Made by a program: the position numbers and the translations under genes. The notes under the pieces were generated by a model. The model saw only the letters and a program-made list of their open reading frames with translations. It was not told where the DNA came from and ran no database searches. Positions 14,253 to 20,815 of a stretch of 24,202 nucleotides of DNA are shown here, piece after piece. The DNA comes from a virus (lineage: Duplodnaviria > Caudoviricetes): the IMG/VR virus record IMGVR_UViG_3300030102_001057, positions 1 through 24,202 of that record; one strand, written 5' to 3'. Position 1 is the first letter of the stretch. Every line of letters starts with the position of its first letter.

Positions 14253-14286
14253 ACACGGTAAATCTTTTTGAGAAGATCTACCGTGT
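14253..14286 (-). terminator. 14-bp RNA hairpin between the SSB-like and primase genes (weak terminator or processing site)
   Basis: Minus strand ACACGGUAGAUCUU-CUCAAA-AAGAUUUACCGUGU, with one G-U pair, followed by CUUUC. Confidence 0.5.
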
Positions 14287-14293
14287 TAAGTTT

Positions 14294-15073
14294 TTAGAAG
14301 GGTACTTCGTCGTCTCCTACAGGATCAACTGGCTCTGGCTGTGCCTTCACCTCTCCTGATTGAATAGACTCCCTAAAAGCTTTTGCTTCCACCAACAGGT
14401 CGCGATTACTAACCAAGCTTTCTTTCGATACTTGATAGTTAAACCAATCACCCTTGTCGTTAGACTCTTCAATGACAGATAGTTTCCACATTGTGGCGTA
14501 CACCGCAGGGGTAACCAACTGACCTGTCTTTGGGTTCTTGATCTTCTGCATTGCGATCTGGGTCTTCCAACGACGGCTGACCTTCAACTGGCTAGACTTC
14601 ATGTCTATCACAGCAGGTTGGAATGATCCGTCCTCTCCAACAATCAAGCAGTAATGCTGATCGGACTTCACCAGTTCGTTACCATTGGACAGAACTTCTT
14701 TAGATCCATCCCGCTTTGCACCAGTAACCATGGGATCGTTAGCGGCTAGTTCACCTTGAAACCCACCACCCTGTTCTCTTGGAATGAACTCAAGATACTT
14801 GGTGGTCTGGTAGCACGGTATAACTACGATGCCGTTTGTCCCTTCCCAGTACTGACCAGTGACGTTGTTAAAGATGTCACCCTGTGATGCGCCCTCAATG
14901 TGTTCGGCTTTGCCTTTCTTGAGTTGCGGTGACATGGGTTGCAAGATCCGAACAAACGGTATCTGCATCTCACTGCTATCGAATGATGCACCATCTCCAG
15001 CAGTCTCGAAGATGTCATCTAGCACATCGGTGCTTACTTCTGTGCTTTTTGCTTTTGCTACTGCGGTCGCCAT
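14294..15073 (-). CDS. Putative single-stranded DNA-binding protein
   Basis: Acidic tail GDDEVPF*; located in the replication operon; IP...ILQ.MSPQ...G.IFN pattern seen in phage SSB-like proteins. Confidence 0.65.
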   Translation of the reverse strand: MATAVAKAKSTEVSTDVLDDIFETAGDGASFDSSEMQIPFVRILQPMSPQLKKGKAEHIEGASQGDIFNNVTGQYWEGTNGIVVIPCYQTTKYLEFIPREQGGGFQGELAANDPMVTGAKRDGSKEVLSNGNELVKSDQHYCLIVGEDGSFQPAVIDMKSSQLKVSRRWKTQIAMQKIKNPKTGQLVTPAVYATMWKLSVIEESNDKGDWFNYQVSKESLVSNRDLLVEAKAFRESIQSGEVKAQPEPVDPVGDDEVPF

Positions 15074-15630
15074 TATGCTTTCCTCCTGATCTCAGCTGCG
15101 TTAGCTATGAATGCCCCGAACATATCGAGGTCAATTGGTTTACCATCAACAATACGTTCCTTAACAAACGCCTTGAGTGTAGATGGGTGAACGTGGGTCT
15201 TGGTCTTCGGATCAAAACCTTTCTCTTGCAGGATACCAACGACGTCTCCTGCTATATTGTCTTCGCCTTTACCAAACGAACAGGTGACATCGTTCTTTAT
15301 GATGTCGTCCAATCCATTTTCCCGTAGCCATGCGAAGGCTTCTTCCTTGCGGTCTTGTGGAATAGAAGCATGTACAATCATCTTTCTAGATACAGACACA
15401 CCGTCTACATCTAAGCGATCAACCCCCATCTCATCCATTAGTCCAGGAATGTTTTCAACTGACAGCCTATGCTTCTCAGCTTTCAAGGCTTTCAGGTTTA
15501 ACTCTGCATCCTCGATCTCTTGTTCGACGCTGCGGAGTTTACGAACAAGATCACTGAGTTGCTTTCCTGTTCCAGTATCGACACTGGCGAACTTGTCACC
15601 CTCATCGATTAAGTCTTCAAATATATCCAT
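15073..15630 (-). CDS. Conserved phage replication-module protein (coiled coil plus VHPSTLKAFVKE motif)
   Basis: Start moved to ATG 15630 (GAGGA RBS); AFAWLRENG..DIIK and VHPSTLKAFVKE motifs; its stop overlaps the next start. Confidence 0.75.
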   Translation of the reverse strand: MDIFEDLIDEGDKFASVDTGTGKQLSDLVRKLRSVEQEIEDAELNLKALKAEKHRLSVENIPGLMDEMGVDRLDVDGVSVSRKMIVHASIPQDRKEEAFAWLRENGLDDIIKNDVTCSFGKGEDNIAGDVVGILQEKGFDPKTKTHVHPSTLKAFVKERIVDGKPIDLDMFGAFIANAAEIRRKA

Positions 15631-15655
15631 AAGTAAATTCCTCTTCAGGGTTCGG

Positions 15656-15684
15656 TTGACAAACCATTTCGCCATCCGTATTGT
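15656..15684 (+). promoter_or_regulatory. Sigma70-type promoter for the SNF2 helicase
   Basis: TTGACA (15656-15661), 17-bp spacer, TATTGT (15679-15684); RBS GGAGGT at 15695-15700. Confidence 0.65.
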
Positions 15685-15686
15685 GG

Positions 15687-15716
15687 ACTCTACTGGAGGT
15701 ATGTGATGACTGTCAA
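15687..15716 (-). promoter_or_regulatory. Sigma70-type promoter for the replication operon
   Basis: Minus strand TTGACA (15716-15711), 18-bp spacer, TAGAGT (15692-15687). Confidence 0.5.
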
Positions 15717-17172
15717 GTACAATTTTAAAATGAAACCATTCAAGCATCAGGAGGATGCACTCGCCAAAGGATGGGATAAGATTGAGTTTGCACTATTTAT
15801 GGAAATGGGTACAGGTAAATCGAAAGTTCTACTCGATAATCTGGGAATGCTGTACCTAGCAGGACGTATAAAGTTTGCATTAATAATCGCACCGAAGGGT
15901 GTGTATCGGAACTGGGTAACCAAAGAAATACCAGAGCACATGTCCGATGATGTGCCACATCGAGTGATTCGATGGGTCTCTGGTCCCAACAAAAAACAAC
16001 AGGAAGAAATGAGATCGGTCAAAGATCCATTCGATGGACTGACAATCTTTGTCATGAATGTGGAAGCTTTCTCAACACGCAAGGGCCAGGTTGCCGGAGA
16101 GTGGATGGCTGGTGCGCTTGGGCCTGTGGGATGTATCGCAATCGACGAATCAACTACTATCAAGAACCATAAGGCCAAGCGCACGAAGTCCCTACTAAAG
16201 ATTGCAAGAGGGTTCAAGTACAAAAGATTACTAACAGGATCTCCTATTACAAAAAGTCCACTGGACATCTATGCACAGACCGAGTTCCTTCGCCCTGGTC
16301 TCATGGGTCATGAGTCTTTTTATTCCTTTCAGGGTCGGTACGCTGTCGTTCAACGTCGAACCATGGGTAGCCACGCTTTCCAGCAGATCGTAGGATACAG
16401 AAACCTAGATGAACTGACAGATAAGATCGACTCGTTCAGCTTCCGTGTACTCAAGAAGGATTGTTTGGATCTGCCAGACAAAATCTACACGGCTCGTTAC
16501 GTCTCTCTTACCGACGAGCAGCTGAAAATGTATTTGGATCTACAAAGACAAGCGATGTTGCTGTTCGAAGATGGTGAGATGGTGACTGCTCCGGCTGTCA
16601 TTACACAGATGCTACGCATACAACAGGTTCTATCAGGACATCTGAAGACGGACGATGGTGAGATGAAATACTTTGCTTCACGTCGGATGGATGCATTGGA
16701 AGAGATCCTCGAAGAACACGACGGCAAAGCAATCATCTGGTCTCGGTTCAGATATGACATCATCAAGATAACAGAAATGTTAAACAAAAAGTTTGGAGCG
16801 GGAAGTGCCGCTGCATACTACGGTGATACACCAGACGATGAGCGTAATGACATCGTAACTAATTTCCAAAATTCAAAAGACCTGAAGTTTTTTGTAGGGA
16901 ATCCTGCGACCGCAGGGTACGGTCTGACTTTGACCGAAGCTGATCTCGTGATATACTATGCCAACGACTTCAACCTGGAGACACGCATACAATCAGAAGA
17001 TCGTGCCCATCGTATCGGGCAAAAGAAAAACGTAACTTACATTGATCTCATATCCGAGGGCACCATTGACGAGAAGATAGTCGAAGCACTCAGAAACAAG
17101 ATCGACATTGGAGCAAAAGTACTAGGAGAGGAAGCGAGAGAATGGCTAAGTCTAAAGCCCACGAAGAATTAA
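15706..17172 (+). CDS. SNF2-family (SF2) helicase
   Basis: HQ, EMGTGKS, DES..IKN, LTGSP, G.GLTLT and QSEDRAHRIGQ motifs; ATG 15706 follows GGAGGT. Confidence 0.93.
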   Translation: MTVKYNFKMKPFKHQEDALAKGWDKIEFALFMEMGTGKSKVLLDNLGMLYLAGRIKFALIIAPKGVYRNWVTKEIPEHMSDDVPHRVIRWVSGPNKKQQEEMRSVKDPFDGLTIFVMNVEAFSTRKGQVAGEWMAGALGPVGCIAIDESTTIKNHKAKRTKSLLKIARGFKYKRLLTGSPITKSPLDIYAQTEFLRPGLMGHESFYSFQGRYAVVQRRTMGSHAFQQIVGYRNLDELTDKIDSFSFRVLKKDCLDLPDKIYTARYVSLTDEQLKMYLDLQRQAMLLFEDGEMVTAPAVITQMLRIQQVLSGHLKTDDGEMKYFASRRMDALEEILEEHDGKAIIWSRFRYDIIKITEMLNKKFGAGSAAAYYGDTPDDERNDIVTNFQNSKDLKFFVGNPATAGYGLTLTEADLVIYYANDFNLETRIQSEDRAHRIGQKKNVTYIDLISEGTIDEKIVEALRNKIDIGAKVLGEEAREWLSLKPTKN

Positions 17173-17384
17173 TAGAAGCAGTCGTAGATTATAAACGTGG
17201 ACTACGAAACCTGAAGACAGGATCAGACGAGATTTCTAGGATATCTGGATTACAACCAGAGATCGTTGCCTGTTTTCTCAAAGCAATGAAAAGAGATAAC
17301 GTAACCCAAATCCGTGGGTATTCGAAAGAACCAGAGCACCTACTTAAATCCAAGAAAAGAAAAACCCCGCCGAAGCGGGGCTAG
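17142..17384 (+). CDS. Hypothetical protein (80 aa)
   Basis: Overlaps the helicase 3' end, has a purine-rich upstream region and fills the gap to the terminator. Confidence 0.6.
   Translation: MAKSKAHEELIEAVVDYKRGLRNLKTGSDEISRISGLQPEIVACFLKAMKRDNVTQIRGYSKEPEHLLKSKKRKTPPKRG
17352..17380 (-). terminator. Rho-independent terminator for the minus-strand accessory transcript
   Basis: Minus strand CCCCGC-UUCG-GCGGGG-UUUUUCUUUUCUU. Confidence 0.85.
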
Positions 17385-17436
17385 TTATCGAGGCAATCAG
17401 ACCACAGGCTTGGGTCTAGTCCTTCGAGCAGTGTGA

Positions 17437-17610
17437 CTATACACTAACAGACCCAGTCTGTTTTGCATACTCTTTTCTTATGATCACCGATAACTGTCTT
17501 GTCATGGTGCGCTGTTCGTCGTCCGCAAGTTCTTTTAACTTCTCATGGTCTTCAGGCAACAGTGCCACGTTACAAAACTTTCTGGTCTCCACTTTAATTT
17601 CTTTTTTCAT
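17437..17610 (-). CDS. Ribbon-helix-helix (Arc-like) DNA-binding protein
   Basis: NVALLPEDHEKLKELADDEQRTMTRQLSVII fits a beta-alpha-alpha RHH; RBS AAGGAG before ATG 17610. Confidence 0.65.
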   Translation of the reverse strand: MKKEIKVETRKFCNVALLPEDHEKLKELADDEQRTMTRQLSVIIRKEYAKQTGSVSV

Positions 17611-17642
17611 CAGTTGCTCCTTGGTTGTAGTGAACTTATACA

Positions 17643-18095
17643 CTACTGGTTACCAAAGAACAACATGTAAGCATCAACTTTGTAGAATCTGTCCTTGTTG
17701 TTTTCCATGGCGGCAATCACCTCAGATTCTTCCCGATCCAAGTCAGCAGCTATCATGCTTGCCGTGTACGGATAGTCCATTCCATTAGATTTAATGTACA
17801 TGGCAATCTCATTCTCAAGATTATCGTCCGCCACATGGACCAGGTCCAAGTCAACCTCCGCAGGTTCAACTCGCATCGCTCTCCATGGTATCTGCTCACG
17901 TTTGTCTGGATAGTTCGGCAACAGGAATGCATTGAATATTTCACCAGGTTGGACGTTCATAGTGCTCACAAGTCTTGAGTTTAAGAACACCTGATCCCCT
18001 TTCGGAGTAACAGCAAACCCACTACCAGTAGGCGTCAAGTACTCAACTATTATCTGCTGTCTGCGTGTTTCATTCAAATCAAAAATTTGGTTCAT
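17643..18095 (-). CDS. Hypothetical protein (OB-fold-like N-terminus, possible HTH C-terminus)
   Basis: GSGFAVTPKGDQVFL resembles cold-shock/OB strands; start moved to ATG 18095. Confidence 0.55.
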   Translation of the reverse strand: MNQIFDLNETRRQQIIVEYLTPTGSGFAVTPKGDQVFLNSRLVSTMNVQPGEIFNAFLLPNYPDKREQIPWRAMRVEPAEVDLDLVHVADDNLENEIAMYIKSNGMDYPYTASMIAADLDREESEVIAAMENNKDRFYKVDAYMLFFGNQ

Positions 18096-18261
18096 AGAGT
18101 ATTCCTTCTTCTTCCTTTTGTTTGTAGTAATTGATTTCATTTATTAGACCCTCGATCCTGGGATCATCTGGGTCTGCCCATTCTATATCGTCACGTACCT
18201 TCTCTAACTTTTTCCTCAGTACGCTTATCAGTTCGACCTCCGCTATCCCTATCACTTTCAT
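18079..18261 (-). CDS. Hypothetical protein (60 aa)
   Basis: GGAGGAG RBS; part of a tightly packed operon. Confidence 0.65.
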   Translation of the reverse strand: MKVIGIAEVELISVLRKKLEKVRDDIEWADPDDPRIEGLINEINYYKQKEEEGILYEPNF

Positions 18262-18370
18262 CTTTGTTCTCCTCCCATGGTGCCGCTTTCAATGACACGG
18301 TTTGTCTTCCATACGCAAGCTTACGTTTGTATCCTTGCAATTCTTTTTGCGCCTCTGTCCATCGGCTCAT
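18191..18370 (-). CDS. Hypothetical protein (59 aa, not in the ORF track)
   Basis: MSRWTEAQKELQGYKRKLAYGRQ...; GGAGG RBS; starts 2 nt after the upstream stop and fills the gap. Confidence 0.55.
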   Translation of the reverse strand: MSRWTEAQKELQGYKRKLAYGRQTVSLKAAPWEENKDESDRDSGGRTDKRTEEKVREGT

Positions 18371-18372
18371 GC

Positions 18373-18573
18373 TTATCTTCCTCCATGTATGTGTATTCCA
18401 ATACTTTTTAATTGATTGACGTAATCGTTTAACTCATCCCTTGCTGACCACAACTCTCGTTCAATTCCAGGTCGGGCATCTCTGCGCCCCTTCTCGTCTT
18501 GTAACTTATCTACCTGTTGTTTCAACCATTTAAGTTGTGCAGCTTGGAACACACTTAACTGCTCATCTCCCAT
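18373..18573 (-). CDS. Hypothetical protein (66 aa, helical)
   Basis: AGGAGGAG RBS; operon packing. Confidence 0.7.
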   Translation of the reverse strand: MGDEQLSVFQAAQLKWLKQQVDKLQDEKGRRDARPGIERELWSARDELNDYVNQLKSIGIHIHGGR

Positions 18574-18574
18574 A

Positions 18575-18814
18575 CTACTCCTCCTTTCTGGGTCTTAACT
18601 TCGGTTTAATTAACTTCGATACGGTGTTTGATTTGTGACACATCATCATGATGTCATTGCCATAGAGGTCGTACAGATGGTTGTAGATCCCATCCGCACT
18701 TCCACTATTCATGGCTGACTCACAATGCTTCTCACTCTGAAACCATACAGCCATATCAATCTCACGATCTTGAACGCTGTATGAAATAACTAATGCCGTG
18801 AAGTATTCAATCAT
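18575..18814 (-). CDS. Hypothetical protein (79 aa)
   Basis: ATGA coupling to the upstream gene; GAGGA RBS. Confidence 0.7.
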   Translation of the reverse strand: MIEYFTALVISYSVQDREIDMAVWFQSEKHCESAMNSGSADGIYNHLYDLYGNDIMMMCHKSNTVSKLIKPKLRPRKEE

Positions 18815-19308
18815 GCTACATCCTCTTCGACACCGCGTAGAGTTTGCGCCACATTTTCAAATACACTGAGATCAATGCCAATGTTTTCTGCACACCCTCG
18901 GTATCTTGACAACCAAGATGCCAGAGCAGTCGCCGCTTGTCTACGAAGTTCTCGCTGCGAATCTTCATCATCAGGATCAAACCGCTCGTAGCCTCCGCCC
19001 TTCCCTCGTAAACTCACAGGACTTATAAACGTAGGATATTCCCTCACGGTTATGTTGACCACCTGATCGTTGGGAGACGAATCTTGAACCACGATCCTCA
19101 GTCCACTCGCCATCTGACGAGCCAACTGAATGCGATGCTGTTGTGCAGCTTCCGCATCGTCCATACCATAGAACCAGTCGTATGCTTCATGGTCAGGATA
19201 GTCTCTCAACCAATCCACAAACTCCCTTGGTACAAACATGTTGCGGCCTGACGCCGCTAAGTATTCGTCAATAATTCTTTGACGTTCTTTCTTTGGAAAT
19301 CCAGCCAT
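18811..19308 (-). CDS. Hypothetical protein directly downstream of the pentamer array (candidate accessory protein)
   Basis: AGGAGG RBS; 165 aa; F...DDAEAA..HR...AR-type motif; starts 30 nt after the array. Confidence 0.75.
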   Translation of the reverse strand: MAGFPKKERQRIIDEYLAASGRNMFVPREFVDWLRDYPDHEAYDWFYGMDDAEAAQQHRIQLARQMASGLRIVVQDSSPNDQVVNITVREYPTFISPVSLRGKGGGYERFDPDDEDSQRELRRQAATALASWLSRYRGCAENIGIDLSVFENVAQTLRGVEEDVA

Positions 19309-19338
19309 ATTTTATCCTCCTATATTAGCTGTTTAATT

Positions 19339-19966
19339 GACCGCCAAACCGGAACAGTCCTGAACAAACCCTACCCAGCCGGAACGGGACCGACAAACCG
19401 CGCCCAAACTTACCGGATCAAACCTAGCCACATCCCGACCGCCCTACCTGGCTTGGACCCACCTCATCACAACACACACTACCATGACCGACTTACCGAA
19501 AAACACCAAGACTTACCGGATCGAACCGGAACATAACCGACTCACCGTGTACCGACATAACTTATCCCGACGGACCAGGCCCCGACCGACCCAACTTGGC
19601 TCAACATAACTGATCCTGACATGACCGACTTACCTAACCCTACCGCGCCCCGACTTAACGCACCCGGACTTACCCAGACGTACCCGACCCAAACGGGCCG
19701 CGCCTGACCCCGACTTGACCGACATACCATAACCGACCCCGCCCCGACATAACTCGACCGCCTAGCCCTAACTGACCCCGACATAACGTACCCGAACTTA
19801 CCGCAACGTACCGAAACACACCGCACCATGACCGACTAACCGTGACCAAATGAGATGGGCGATTTAGCCGAGTCGCCCATCCCTTCTTTTTAAGGAGATT
19901 AAAATGTCTTTATAAAGGTCTCTCGACCGCCGTACCTTGACCAAATGAAAGGGGCATTGCTGCCCC
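19339..19966 (-). ncRNA. Putative guide-RNA array: nine units of (NN-GNY)n pentamers separated by GGTC, preceded by two hairpin-leader modules (VIPR-like)
   Basis: Plus-strand delimiter GACCG(A/C)C at 19339, 19388, 19437, 19486, 19535 (AACC variant), 19584, 19623, 19717, 19756 and 19830. Spacings are 49,49,49,49,49,39,94,39,74, all 4+5n. 86 of 91 pentamers begin R-N-C on the plus strand. Co-oriented with and directly downstream of a Cas7/RAMP-like gene. Confidence 0.8.
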
Positions 19967-19971
19967 GATCT

Positions 19972-20757
19972 TTATGCTGCTTCAACGAGAGATATGTCTC
20001 TTCGTGCTCGTTCCTGTTGAATGAACTCCATCAGTTCAGCCGTCTGTTCATCGGCATACACTGGATTGTCCAAGGCTTCTTTCTGTGCCTCGCGACCTTC
20101 AAGCATCAGTTCATCCCAAAGTTCTTGGTATCCGCCCATGCTGTCCTCAGTCACCACATCAAAGCAACCGAACGAACCTTTACCTTTTTCCTGACGGAAG
20201 TCTCCGATACCAACAATCGATCCTGCGTTTGTCAACAAAGACACAATCGAATACGCACTGAGCGTCGGTTGAACGTAGGTTATATCAACCTCCGCACACC
20301 AACGTGGCATATATGCCCTCGTCCGCATGTCTGGTGTCTTGTTCATGTCCGCTGATCGAACCACATCAATCTTCAGTTGAGGCTTACCCCAAATCTGGAT
20401 GTGTGTTTCTGGTAAAAAGATCAGGCGTTGCACACTAGACTTTGTAATGCCGTCTGTTTCCAGAGCTGCTGTCGCCATGGCTTGTTTAACTCCAGGTGCA
20501 GGGAAACATAACAATGTATCGTCTTTAGGTTTTCTATAGACGCTGTCACGAAACTCCTCCTCTGGATTGTGCTTGATCTCTTTCTTCTGTGCGGCTGTCT
20601 TCTTGCCGCCTCCTATAAGTAAATCACGCATGGCTTTTGAACTCATGCTGTTGAAATACATCGGGGTCGTACCTATCATGCGTAGTGTAACTTTACCCGT
20701 TTTAAGTGGTTGAATCTCCAAAGATGTTGATTCTATTTTTTTAGTACTTTTTGCCAT
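19972..20757 (-). CDS. Cas7/RAMP-like RNA-binding protein (Vipr-like), putative effector of the adjacent array
   Basis: RAMP-like layout: VTLRMIGTTPMYF strand, FPAPGVKQAMATAA helix, RTRAYMPRWCAEVDITY, and a C-terminal Gly-rich loop AGSIVGIGDFRQEKGKGSFGCFDV. AGGAAGG RBS. Confidence 0.72.
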   Translation of the reverse strand: MAKSTKKIESTSLEIQPLKTGKVTLRMIGTTPMYFNSMSSKAMRDLLIGGGKKTAAQKKEIKHNPEEEFRDSVYRKPKDDTLLCFPAPGVKQAMATAALETDGITKSSVQRLIFLPETHIQIWGKPQLKIDVVRSADMNKTPDMRTRAYMPRWCAEVDITYVQPTLSAYSIVSLLTNAGSIVGIGDFRQEKGKGSFGCFDVVTEDSMGGYQELWDELMLEGREAQKEALDNPVYADEQTAELMEFIQQERARRDISLVEAA

Positions 20758-20815
20758 TTTATATATTCCTTCCTATGTATGTTTTAAAAATGGTTACGTA
20801 ATGTAGTTTAGTATT

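Noticed and set aside
15631-15747. N-terminal extension of ORF 15073-15747
   Set aside because: It overlaps the divergent helicase start and the promoters; the RBS supports ATG 15630.
17385-17460. Possible structured RNA or ribozyme before the terminator (TGGGTCT/AGACCCA inverted repeat)
   Set aside because: Only a short stem, with no hammerhead or other recognisable catalytic core.
19279-19829. ORFs 19279-19536 (+) and 19542-19829 (-)
   Set aside because: Low-complexity translations of the periodic array with no convincing RBS; a period of 5 does not fit codon structure.
19339-19829. Self-targets of the decoded guides within this window
   Set aside because: By eye only partial resemblances were found (e.g. 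QMGGKRMI in the Mom-like gene, NKYTP in the virion protein), none a full gapped match. An exhaustive search was not possible.
19339-19850. Classical CRISPR array
   Set aside because: No identical 23-47-nt repeats alternating with unique spacers; the conservation is a 5-nt periodic scaffold with short delimiters.
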